NCBI GenBank assembly: GCA_000165425.1
Contig: CT868152.1
Location: 310,001-374,000 of the forward strand
DNA from: Paramecium tetraurelia
Taxonomy: Eukaryota
Length of the DNA stretch: 64,000 nt
Reading direction: 5' to 3'
The translations under genes and the position numbers were made by a program. Positions 12,199-25,051 of this stretch are shown here, piece after piece (position 1 is the stretch's first letter; each line of letters opens with the position of its first letter). The notes beneath the pieces were generated by a model that saw nothing but the letters and a program-made list of their open reading frames with translations, was not told where the DNA came from and did no database searches.

Positions 12199-13506
12199 TC
12201 ATTGTTATAATGTATCTTTAGAACATGAAGAACTCAATAATTTACTCTAAAATGATAATTAATACAATTACATTTGATAAATATTAGTAATCTAACAAAC
12301 TGGAATATAAACCAGCAGTGTATATAGTAGATTAATTAATATTCTTATAAATCTATTGTAATTACTGTTTGCTCTTTCGATTTGTAATAGATGATTTAAT
12401 ACTTGGTGCAACCTACTCTAGTAAAATATTTTACATCATATTCATCTGATTAATTGGTTCTATGAAGTCGAAGATCAGGCATCTGATATTCATCATTAAT
12501 TAAATTTAAAAGTTTTCTATTAGTCGATAATTAGCTTTCATTATTAATTTGCACTTTATAAATGGGCGTTTGCAGAGGACTTGTATAACTTTGTTTTTTT
12601 AATCCTTTATTGTGTTATTTTTTTGATGTTTTGGTAATTAACTATCGTTAAAAGTCTGTCAAATTTTTCACTTGCTGCTACAAACCTACTATTAATTGAT
12701 TTTTTTCTGCTAAGTCCCTTTAGAATTGCAAGATTTAATTTTAATACTTCTAAATATTATCGTTAGTAGATGAAGAGTTATTTTAAAAGCTTTATGATTA
12801 TTACCGAGAATTTTAAGATTACTTTGATCTATTCAAGTTGAACTCGCCTTGCTAATCCAAATCTTTTCTGCTGGATAATCCTTAACCAACGAGTACATTC
12901 TAAGTTTCAGTAGTATTAAATTGCTCCTTGTAGAATGAATTTTCTTCATTCATTTTAGTCAACGTAGAATTAAGCTAATTTTATAGCACAAATAAACTAC
13001 TTTCTATACAGAAATCTTTAATTATGTAATATCCCTCATATATTAAACTCCATTTTCTTAAGCCTACTTTAATTCGCTTTCTTTTAGTGAAATTCTATTT
13101 TGAAATAGTTTTAACTCATTTTATAATTTTTTATTTTATGCTTCTGATTTGTTATAAAGACTTTAAAGATCTACATTATTCTAAATTAATTATTAATGAT
13201 ATCGAGATAGATTTTGATTGTTTTATTCAGAATAATGTAATGCCTATTGTAATTAAAAATTAGATTAATAAGTAGTGTTTTATTGATTTGTTTTCAAAAG
13301 CTTTTCGGAATTGTAAATCTACTCAAATTAATCAACATTCTTAGTAGAAACAACCTTCTTTCTCTCCTAACTCGAGGCTGAAGTCTAAGATGATCTGAGA
13401 TTTAGTAAATCTAAAATTTATACTTAAGTGATGTTGGTGTAATATAATAGTTATTGGAATGAATGACTTCTGATGGCAGTTTTTTATGAGACTATCTCTA
13501 TTACAT
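12199..13506 (-). CDS. Uncharacterised coiled-coil, Ser/Gln-rich protein
   Basis: MQQRQSHKKLPSEV...; long ciliate-code frame with several short GT-AG introns. The 3' end is inferred through two introns. Confidence 0.6.
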
Positions 13507-13546
13507 TATTATTTATTTATTTTTATAAAAAAAACTATAACATAAA

Positions 13547-15190
13547 TCAAACTAATAGATGATCAAATTATTTATTATTTTAAATAAAAGTTCTTACTTC
13601 ATGCAATTCATTAAATTACTATTTCTTTAAAAGGGATTTTGCTAATGACATCAAATTTTTGTATAAAAAAAATGAAAATTCTTTATGTCGATTTTTTACA
13701 GATTTTTAAGCCCATTTATCAAATTCACTTAGGGAATCATCAATATCGTAATTTGACAATTTGGATACATAATTATTCCTTAATGTTGGTTCTCCAGGGA
13801 ATGTGAGAATGAGGTGCATGAGTAACACTCCCAAAGCTTGAAGACTTTGTTATTTATATTGCGGTTAATCTTGTTTGAATTATTTTTGCATATCTTCGAA
13901 ATAAGAGTATGAATGATTCAAGTCTGCCAACATTACCTCATTTATAGAAGAATAGGCTTACTTAGATTTCCCCAGTGATACTCGTAGTAACCATAATGCT
14001 TTCTGGCTTGAGATCTCCATGGATTATTTGCTTTTGCTGCAAATACTCCAAGCCACTTATAATTTGGCACATTATTTCAATTATTAATTTGCTCTTCTAT
14101 TCTGATGGCATTGGATTCATATAAAAATAAGAATAACTCAATAGGTTTTTAGTTTGCGAGATATATCCTGGATAGATGCAATATTCAATTTGAGTGTAGA
14201 GGAATAGTTGTTAATTTTTTGATTCAAGCCACCAATCATAATGTCTGATGATGTTTGGATGTGAAATACGTTATAGAATACGTGCTTCTTGAATTGTTAA
14301 GTAATCTTAATTAGAACTTTTTGTATTAAAAATATCTTGAAATGTAACATTAATAGGAATGCCTTACAATTAAATCTATAATTAGGTTGTTTTTTACTCG
14401 TTTAACAAAATAAATTTAATCATCCATTGGCTTATAGACATGAAAAGTTGTGGATTATTTCTGTTGATCCAATTCTTCATTTAAGACAATAAATTCATTT
14501 TTGAATTTATTGTTTCTTAAAAATTAGTTTTTAAAATCTTATTACACATTTAATTCTTTCTAAATGTTGATATTGAAAAAAGAGAGAGTCAATCTTACTC
14601 GCTCATTTTTTTGTTCAATTGATATTTTTTTATTCATAAAACTATCAGCTATTGATTTATTGAGAAAGATGAATGCTGTAGACTTTATTTGTAGTGTGGA
14701 TGTGATGAATCCAATGTTTATATCTTAATAAAAGATTTTAAAGAGAGTTGATTATTAATTCTCTATTAGAAAACATGAATCTTACTTTATATTCTTAAAC
14801 TGATTAGAAGTAATTAGTGTCCTAAGTAAGCCTTTTCTTAATGGCTTTTTTGATAGCCTTGACAACCATCGTAATATGTCTGAAAAATGGATCATCACTA
14901 GAAAAATTGATTGTAATCAATGAAATAACAAGCAATTATTGAAACTAATTAAAATCTTCTGAAAGTAGGAAATCATTCTTTTCTTTTAGATTTTCTTCCT
15001 TTTTATATAGAAGATATACATTACAAGTGTTAACATGATTTTGTTTTTATCTGTATTTGGTATGTCCAACTTTTCATTTTGAATCTCATCGAATACCTCT
15101 TCAATATAAAACTTGCTACTCATCAATTCATCAAATTGCTAGATAAGATTGTAAGCATTAATTTACTTCAATGCTGCTATACTATTACAT
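13547..15190 (-). CDS. eIF2alpha-kinase (PEK/GCN2-type)-like protein kinase, probable pseudokinase
   Basis: KFKNEF...DDQIYFVKRV, QEARILQRISHPNIIRHYDWWLE, LYTQIEYC, IIHGDLKPES, VMLADLN. No Gly-rich loop and no APE motif. Confidence 0.75.
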
Positions 15191-15239
15191 TTTAGATTAT
15201 AATTATTATTTTAATATATATAAAAATACATGAATTAAT

Positions 15240-16371
15240 TCAGATGCTCATTAAACTTCTTCTACTATTGTTGTTATTCATGCTATCAACAGAAAATTAA
15301 TCAGGAATCCAAAGTACTAAATTTCTACAGCCACTAGCCATCAAAAAGTGAGTAGGACAGAATTTAACAACTTTACATCTTTTTTGATGTCCATCTAATT
15401 TTGCTATTTAATTTCCATTTGGAAGACTCCAAATATGAATAGTTCCTGTTTCACTTCCACTTATTACGTAATTGCAATCAGGAGTAAAACCAGCCTCTAT
15501 CATGGATCCCTGGTTGTTAAAATCACTTAATTCACAAATCTATTTATAAACTCAATTATTTACTGTATCTAATGTATAAGCATCTAAAATAAGTATTGTG
15601 CCATCTCCAGTAGAACATAAAATATATTTGTTGTTATTACTAAACTTAATACACTTTACTTAACTACAATTAATCTTTTTGGATTAAAATGATCCAGAAT
15701 GATATTTTTTAAAATCATATAAGTATAACCAATTATTTGATATACAATAATATTATTCCAAAAACACTACTGCAAATACTTATCCTGATGGATCAAATGC
15801 AGCTACACAAAATGTTTTTTTAGCAGATAAATCTAATAAGCCATCGGATGTTTAGTATTCTGATGCTAAATTCCACAATCTTAATGTTCCATCCATACTA
15901 CAACTTAAAAAATCATCTGAGACAGGAGATAAATCTAACCAATGTATTCTATCAGAAAGGTAACTCAATTTAATTTTACATATTAGTGTGTCCAGTGAAC
16001 TTTTTCAATATTTAATTATCGTGTAGTGACCAATAGTAGATATCATAAGGCTCTTTTTTTGTAACACATAAAACACATGAATTATGATGTGTAAATCTCA
16101 CAAGATCTATTTCCTTCACCTTATTATAGAGTGTTCTCATTTTTCTATTGATTAGGAATTTATATACTTTCCTTAATGAACATCATACACGTTAAGAGCT
16201 TAATCATCACAAGAGACCAAATATTATCCATCTTTTGAAAAATCGATAGCATTTATATCTTTTTGCTAAATTTTAGAATCCTAAGCTTACGTGGTCTTTG
16301 AAGATTTTGCACATCTTCAATGATTGCAATTATTCAGTCGTTATTTCTGCTTCTTGCTCTTCGTGCATCAT
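15240..16371 (-). CDS. WDR82: WD40 protein WDR82/Swd2 (COMPASS / PNUTS-PP1 subunit)
   Basis: KIFKDH..DINAIDFSKDG...RTLYNKVKEIDLVRFTH...YWSLHDNQILKKFTGH...FCPTHFLMASGCRNLVLWIP closely parallels WDR82; several small introns. Confidence 0.88.
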
Positions 16372-16666
16372 TAAATAATATAAATTATTATTATATGTAT
16401 GATATATGTTTTCAGATATAGAAATTGTTAATCATTAATCTCATATAATGAGATTCCATAATTCATCAACTTGATAAATATTAATATTATAGATATATCA
16501 GATATTGCCACATTAGCATCAACAACAATCAGACGGTAATTCCATCAAAATTTATTTTCATCACAAAATAAAAAGTCAATTAAATAAATATATGAAAATA
16601 TCAATCCATTAATCTGGTCATATACATAAAAATATTTAAAAAAACAAAAAAGAATTAAAAATTACA

Positions 16667-17383
16667 TCAGCAACAACCACTACTATTATTCCTATTCTAG
16701 GATTAATTCTATTATTATTAAGATAAATTATTATTCTGATTGTAAGGCTATTACTATTTCATGTTCATGACCTACTCACAAATTGAAATGAATAATTTAT
16801 CCACATTATCAGATGTTTTAGCAGATGTTTCAAGAAATCGTGCATTAAATTATTTCGCTTTCTCCAACCCTTCCTATAGGCTAATTTTTCTTTTATTCGG
16901 TATATCAGCTTTATTTCCGACTATTAATTTTTAAACAGATTTTCTCCCATACCTTTATTTAATGGCTTAAGTAAATCATTACTTATCAATATCCTCAATC
17001 CAGCTATCCACTGCATCAAATGTAGATCTTTCAGTCACATCATAAACAATGACGACTCCATGAGCATCCCTATAATAATTATTAGTCAATGCTTTAAATC
17101 TTTCCTGTCCTGCTGTATCCCACTGAATTTACTTAAAAAAAATACAATTTGCAATTTCACATTTAAATGCCCTATTTTAATCACTCTAGTTTTCTCTAAA
17201 TAAGATCTATAAATACAAAGTCTACACCAATAGTATTGTAATATTAAGATGTAAAATAGTTTTCAGAATATCTCATTAAAATGCAAGATTTTCCGACATT
17301 GCAGTTCCCTACTATCACAACCTTTATTAGAGTATCGCTATTAATCTTAATAAGTATTACTAAGCATTAGTGTTTTTATTCAT
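16667..17383 (-). CDS. Rab GTPase, Rab1-like
   Basis: GNCNVGKS, TIGVDF, WDTAGQERF, VGNKAD, ETSAK and C-terminal GCC prenylation motif; four small introns. Confidence 0.93.
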
Positions 17384-18139
17384 ATAATATATATTAGAAA
17401 ATTAAAAATTAATTAACCTTCCAAAATAACCATTTTATATAAATTATTAAACAAGATCTTATCTTAATAGTCAAGTTATCAATTAAATAAATTTCTTAAA
17501 ATTTAAATAAAAAACAGACACAAAGTATGGTTTTGGTTTTATATAGTTCTAAAAAATTTGCTTTTTATAATAAATTCAACTAAAATACTTACAGAATATT
17601 TCATATACCTGAAAGTAAGATGTCAAGAAAGTAATACACTGATTTAATCTGATATCAATCCTATATAAATTCTTTTGATTAAAACTTATTCATAAATCGA
17701 TTAACAATTCCGTTAACTCTTACTCTTGAATATAATAAGAGATATCATGGTGAGAAAAGGCTATAATTAATTAAATAACAAAATTCAATATCGAAATATG
17801 ATTTTTATAAATTTATAGAATATTATGCTATAAGAGTAAAATAAAAAAAAGTAATTACACTTATCCATTTAATCTGTTATCTGTTTTTATAAATTTACAT
17901 AAGATCCAAAAATAAGATAATCTCAAGATAATATCTCCAATATATTTATAAAATGCACAAAATCTTTTCTCAAATTATTGGAAGTCCACAAAATATTGAT
18001 TTGTATTAACATGATTATGCAGGTATATTCTGATTTTATTAAATTTCTAATAAGTTATTTCCAATTAGAAATAAAATATACCTAAATGTGAATAGCCTTT
18101 GTTGTTATATATAATTCTTTTATTTATTTAAATTCAAAT

Positions 18140-18891
18140 ATGAACATGAACGACAGTTTCTTTGACAATATAGAAGTTTTAAACTAAAATGTAACTACAT
18201 ATAGTAAACCATAAACTATTTGCAAATCTTTAGAGCGTTCATTCGCAATTTGCAGTAATCCACCTAAGTATGTATGAATTGAAATTTATACTTTCAGCAA
18301 AAATATTCATCAACAAAGTTAATCACACAAAGACGTTTCTATATAAAGACATTAATCATACAAATTAGATTACTTTTTAAAATAATAAGTGAAGAATTCT
18401 TAAAACAATACTTAATCTAAAAGCTTTAGAAGTATAAAATAATAAGATTATAACACAAACAATTTGACATAAAACCCTTAAAGTAATGAGTAATATCTAT
18501 TTAGAATCCTATTTAAAGCAATAGATGAGATTAAAAATAAACTTGGAGAATGATGCTTATTAATCTAATTTGAGACACAAAACCTCATCTTCACACAATA
18601 CAACTAATCCTTATTAATCATCTTTAGCAACTTTAATGAAATAACAAGTAAGATTATTAAGTTTAATGAATTAAGATGCAGAAATAATAATAAAGTTATG
18701 CCAACATATGCAAGACTTTGAACGATGAATCTAAACCAAGAATTTCTTCAACACATAGGCAATCTATAGTTCCTTAAAAATTAACTTAAAGATAAGATTC
18801 TGTCAATATAAGAAAGAGCAATTCAGTCTATATGCAAGAATTTAGAAAAATGTTTAGCAAAAGCAAATATAGCATGCACAACAATATTTGA
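18140..18891 (+). CDS. Uncharacterised low-complexity protein
   Basis: MNMNDSFFDNIEVL... to SMHNNI-TGA, with GT-AG introns near 18268-18297 and 18483-18504. Internal junctions were not fully resolved. Confidence 0.55.
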
Positions 18892-19581
18892 ATTAAAGAT
18901 ATCTCTATTTCAATAATAAAGTTATAATTTAAATCAATATTTAATACATTATTAATAATTGCTAATTTTTCACTATTTTTATTTAAATTTATCAAACAAT
19001 GAATTTTAGTCTCCTCATCAAATTAATTTATTAATTATTTGAAGAAATCCTTCTTAATCAAAGTTATGTAAATAAATTAATATCTTGAAGATTAATTTTT
19101 CAATACTCCGTTTCAATCTGTTAATATTAATTACGTTATTTGATAATTTCAAATCTTAAAAAATAAACTATAACTTTTCACAATTATCACTATTGATTAT
19201 AAAAAGTTAATATAGTTTTATCATTTAAATTTTTTCCAACTCATAATTCTTTAAAAAATTCAGAAGGAAGCAATATTTCACTTTCAAAAAGGGGATATAA
19301 CTTTATAATAATTCATTATTTCCTTAAATCTAAACAGATTTCTAAACTATAAATTCAACTATTTTGTTATTTTTTTAGATTATCTCATATAATAATATTA
19401 ATATCAAAATATAATTTTCTTATATTGAAAGTATCAAATCAACTTTGTATTTGAGTTTATTTAAAAGAAGTAAATAGAGCCTATTATATTTCTGTTGAAG
19501 ATAAAAGATTTTTGAAATTTTATAAAAATAAATAATGTAAAACTAATAAATGAATAATTTTACATTAATATAAACTAAATA

Positions 19582-20225
19582 ATGAAGAGATAGAAGAAAT
19601 CAACAACAACAGTTGATATATATTATATGGAATGCCAAATAAACAAACTTATTCGTTCAAACACAAATAATTCCATTCATCCTCAATCTCTTAAACATCA
19701 TGTTGATACTCAATTAAATATTCCTAAGCGATCTACTTTACGTAAGTATGATTCTAAATAGATTTAGATAAACATAACCCAGTATTAATTGAAAACAAAA
19801 TATAAGCGAGTACCATGTATTAAAAGAAGTCTCTACATATTCATGCAAGGCCGATTTCGGAAGACTAGACTCGAAAATTTCATCCAATAAATATGGAAGA
19901 GCTGATATTACCATAGAGAAGCAATTTAATAAGACAAATAAAGAATTAGATGATGTTTCCTAGATAATAATGGAGTAAACAAGAGAACATAGAAAATAGA
20001 AAATACCCGGAGATATTTAATCCTCTAAAAATATCAAGGAAACCAATAAAAACATTTTCTATCAATCTAAAGTCATCTTTTAAATAAGTTTCGAATACTA
20101 GTAGATTGAATACGGGATTGAATCTCAGTAATTAAAGAAATTTCTCTCCCATGAGAACTATGACCGAAAGACCTAATGTCGATTTAACTGGATGGCAAAC
20201 AACAGAAGATGTAGAATGGGTGTGA
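19582..20225 (+). CDS. Uncharacterised protein ending in a DLTGW motif
   Basis: MKRQKKSTTTVDIYY..., one intron starting at 19742, ending PNVDLTGWQTTEDVEWV-TGA. Confidence 0.65.
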
Positions 20226-20360
20226 TTTCTTTTTTTTCATTTTGTTTATAAATGTTTATTATCAGCAGTAATTCATTGATAAAATTTTAATATTGACAAT
20301 AAAAATACCATCAGATAGGGCTTAGGCTCAAAATTATATATCTAATTATTTCATAATTTA

Positions 20361-21790
20361 ATGAGGCATAGATAAGTACTAGTTTAGAGAATATTAAAAA
20401 AATGTGTCGTTAATCTTGTCATAAATGGAAGGGGGAGAGAAATTATACATTCGACTTAAAGAAGAAAGAAATAAAGGCATATTGATTAGAATTTTCGATA
20501 TTCAATCTGATATTAAACTATCTACAGAAGTTTAGAGGAGGATTATTCTATAATAAAGAAAGTTTATCTATTATAAAATTTCATAGTTAGCTATAAAATT
20601 GAAGTTTAAACGGAGAGAATAAGTTAAGATATACTACAAATTGAAGAAGGATTAAATTTTGACGTCATGAAATTAAATTAAAAAATTAATATTTTCCTTG
20701 AATATCTAGATTGCATAAAAGTAAAAGAAATAAGTAAACTATGCTATTTAATTTTAGATAAAAATTCTTTTTAGTAATCCAAATTCTAGGATTCAAATTA
20801 TTTTTGATGCTGACTAAATTACTCGCCCACATGATTATTAATTGTAATTTTACCCAATGAATTCATATGGTTAATGAATATCTTTCAATTTTCAATGAAG
20901 AACTTATATAATCAAGTATTTTTCCATAAGATTTGGTATATTCATATTAAAAATTAGTGTCCATTGAGTATAAACATATCAGAATATTTTTATTTAGATC
21001 ATATACTTGTCTTAATCTGGTTTGATTACCTGTTTCATTTATTCAAAGAGGCTCCATTTTACTCTATTTTAAGTTCATTATTACTATACCTTTCATCGAA
21101 ATATTAAGTTCAGTAGAGAATTAAACTTTAAAGACTCGCTATAATGAAACAAATTCGAATTCTTCTAAAACTTTGTAATACAATTTTTAGGCTTCCTTGA
21201 ATTACTTTTTAAATTTTTTATAAGCAACAGGGTAGATCTAATGAATTAGAAATCAGAAGGCAGTTTAAAAGGGAATAAAGATTAAAATGATCTATAAAAA
21301 TCACTAGAATTAATGGCATTAATAATTAATAAAAGATAAGTCCATAATATATTATTTAATTAAATTGATGTTCTATTTGGTCTGATAAGGGATTCAAAAA
21401 TATTATATTTTTTGATTATTAAATTATATTATCAAAGGCTACTAACTTTTTATATAATATTTGAAAACAACAATAATTCGGAGTTAGTGTAGGTTGAGTC
21501 AAGAAATACTGGGATTCCCTCCTGAAGATAGTAATTATGATATTTGTTAAAAAAGTAGTATCAAAAAAATAAATATTATTAAGAAATATGAAATCATAAC
21601 ATCTGCCAATCAAATCTTGTGTTTGAAATAAATTACTCATTCTAAGTGAAGTAATAATAACATAATAAATTAACTATACCTCCTCAACAATTATAAGTAA
21701 ATTTAATAAAATCTCTAAATATGATTTTCCTTTGCAAAATTTCAATCAATCCCTTCATAAAGTAATTTTCAATTAAATATTGTGATTTCT
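20361..21790 (+). pseudogene. Possible degenerate gene relic
   Basis: Protein-like fragments in changing frames (e.g. MEGGEKLYIRLKEERNKG; IIFDADQITRPHDY) interrupted by TGA, with no convincing intron rescue. Confidence 0.25.
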
Positions 21791-21963
21791 GCAAATTTCA
21801 ATAATTAAACAACAACTATAAATTATAGAAATAAAAAATTCAAGGAAAATTAGTATAATTAAAGATGATTATAAATATAATTAAAATATAATTATTTTAA
21901 TCCGTTTTTGAGTTTGAGAAATTCTGATTTCAATTTATTAATAATATAAATAATCGTTACATA

Positions 21964-23254
21964 TCACAATCTATAGTTTTTTGTCACTTCATGAAAAGCC
22001 ATAGACACGTACTTGATGTTAGCATCATTCAATCCAGCTATCGATATTCCACCATTATGTAATAAATAGATGTGATACTTTTCCATGAGTTCTTTTATTT
22101 GGACTTGCCCAAAACCCTTATAAAATATTGATATATATTACTGTTAATGAATACATTCCAAATTATTTTGAGAGATGAGACCAATCATGAGGAGAACCTA
22201 AGTCTTTTAAGGCTTTTGTAAAACTTTATCTTATATTTTTTAATCTTAATGCCATTTGTTTGACTTCATTCAACCACAATTAATATATTTCAGGATTGTT
22301 GAGTATAGTTTCTGCAATTCTGGCACCATGAACTGGAGGGCAAGACCAAAGTGATCTGGCTAACAAATTTAGTTATGAAACAACCATTTCCTTTTCTCTT
22401 TCATTAGAACAGACTATACTGAGACACCCAGTTCTTTAGCCTGCCAACCCCATGTTTTTATCAAATGATTAACCTAACATGATGGGAACTCCTGCTTCTG
22501 TAAACATTCTAATGGCTTAAGCATCTTAGTCCATATCTCCACTTGTAAATCCCTAGTATGTCATATCAAAAAATGGTAGAATGCCTTTTTATTTTGTTAA
22601 ATCCAATAATTGTTTCCATTAATCTAAATCAAGATCACATCCAGTTGGATTGTGTGAGCAAGCATGGAATAATACGATTGATCCATTTGGGACAATTTAT
22701 AAGTCTTCAAAAAGTCCAGAAAAATCTACTTGTCTGGTAATTGGATTAAAATAGCGATACTCTTTAGACTATAATCCTGCCATCTAGGCTATAGTCGAAT
22801 GAAGAGTTTTAGTCGGATTTGGAACAAAAACTTATGTTCCCGGAGAAACAAACTTATTTAATAGTTCAAAACCTAATCTTACAGCCCCTGTTCCACTGAG
22901 AACTTGGCACCCAGCAATGTATTTACCGTTTCTTTCGTAGTACTTCTCACCATATCCAAGTTTTATCGTTGCTTAGATGAAAGATTAGAGTCCTTCTATG
23001 GGAGGGTATTCATTATCTAAATTTTTTTCTCTAACAATTTACAAAGCCTAATTGAAGAAAAATTTTACTTCTTGTACAGACTCCAGAAGTACAGGATTTC
23101 CTTAGTTATCTCTATAAGTATTTACTCCCAAATTTACTTTTTAGTAATAGTTATCTGCATCATATTATGCAACTAGATTAACTGAAGGATCTAATGAACC
23201 ATAAGGCACTTTAGACCACAGAGTTATGCATCTTAATACTTTGAAGCAACGCAT
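21964..23254 (-). CDS. Aspartate aminotransferase family protein (GOT2-like, divergent active site)
   Basis: [47 protein letters not shown] (PLP Lys) and PPVHGARI; short presequence-like N-terminus; two introns. Confidence 0.9.
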
Positions 23255-24151
23255 ATGTGATTTGGATAAGATATTTTTAATATTATCATCATCTTGCGAA
23301 AGACAGCATTTATATACACTGCGATTTCGTAATCGTTAAAGATACTGATTAAATATTTGTTTAAATTTTATATATCAATTAAATTATATTGCTTGATATA
23401 ATAATTGGAATAATATTCGCAGCCGATACTTTTATAAAATACATTATTGCTTAAAAAATCTATAACATTAAAATATATGGAAAATATTGCTATTTATGTA
23501 AAAACCTTTCTCTTAAGTTAAAGATCCAGGTTTCATTATAACTTCTAATTTCTGCCCTTCAGGAAAAATATTATTATTTTTCAAAATAAAATTAAGAATA
23601 AAATTTTATTTATTTAAAATAAATGTTTTTTATCAGCTTTAGTTTGTTATTTCGAGGAAGGAACTTCCATTTTTTGGAAAGAACAACATCTATCTTCTAA
23701 AAAGGGTGAAATAGTAAAAAAAACAGGATTCTCAAAATATAATCAAAAAATTAATTTTATTATTCGGACAAACATCATCTGTGTTAGCAATTAATAAATT
23801 TTTGGAAGTTTTTTTTTTAACAGGATAAATATACTTTAGTTGGTTAACGTTAAAAGGAAAAAAAATATTTTGAAATTATAGGTCGCCAAAAATATATATG
23901 TAAAACGAATTTTTTTATTTCCTAAATGAATTAATTGAATAATAAATAAATTATATAATAATCTTTGAGATTTGGTGCTGGTAATAACCATGCTGCTAAA
24001 ATAATGATAACTAACTTTCTAACTTTGCATACATATTAAAAAACGTAGAATCGTTTTTCACTCAAAATTGAAACCGATTTCAGATTTATATAATATAGAA
24101 TTATTTACAGGTTGATAATACTTAATTAATAAATTAAATTATCAATATAAG

Positions 24152-25051
24152 ATGGAAGAAGAAAAAGAAAATAAAATTGGCTATGTTGATGCATAATTTA
24201 ATGGAAGGTTTATTAAGTGCTTATTTCAATTAAAGCCAAAAATTGAATCACATAATGATTATATGGTACTTATATACATAGATTGGTCTTTGTTTATAGA
24301 TTAAGATTTGGAATTTGTTTAGAGAAATAGAATCCCTTTGATGTAGATGAGAGGTTAAGATTTTTATATTTTCCTTGAAAATCAAAGGAAATATAATTAT
24401 TGTTGATACCAAGTTTTTAGGGAGAATTGTTGGAATTGATAAATTTTGATGTGTTTTAAAACAGTCCAAATGGATTACAAACCAATTCATCAAAAAACAG
24501 CGATAAAATTATTGAGCAAGAAAATATTTATGTTCAAGATAGTATATTATGATTCTGATTGTACAAAGTTATATTTTTAAGCAAATTTCTTTGATTCTTT
24601 AAGTGAAGCAATGAATAATTGCAATCATTTTAGAGATGTGTAAACTTAACGATTTTTGAAGAAAGAATTTTGTTTTAAACAAAGTAAGATTGATGTTAAA
24701 TAAGGACTCCTTTATCATAGGATTTAAGATGATTTATGTAGATTCTATGAATAATGTAATATATAATTTGAATTTTTTATGCATATTAATAATTGAGACT
24801 ATAGGAAATCATGTTTTAGTCGATTGAAATCATTTTAAGAAAAGTTATGTACAAAATTAATCCAAATTGTCATTTAAGAAAATGAGCATTTAATATAATA
24901 TATAAAGGATTTTATATTATTATCAGCATCATTTAGGAGAAAATAATAATTAGAATTATTCTTAGAGACTAAGTAAATGAGTTTCTATGTACACGTGTAT
25001 ATAAGAGAGTGTAAAATTATTCTAGAATATTTTATTGATTTTTATTAATGA
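24152..25051 (+). pseudogene. Possible degenerate gene or poorly resolved CDS
   Basis: Starts MEEEKENKIGYVDAQF. Coding-like segments continue in shifted frames with internal TGAs, and the last frame ends at a TGA overlapping the HYOU1 ATG. Confidence 0.3.
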
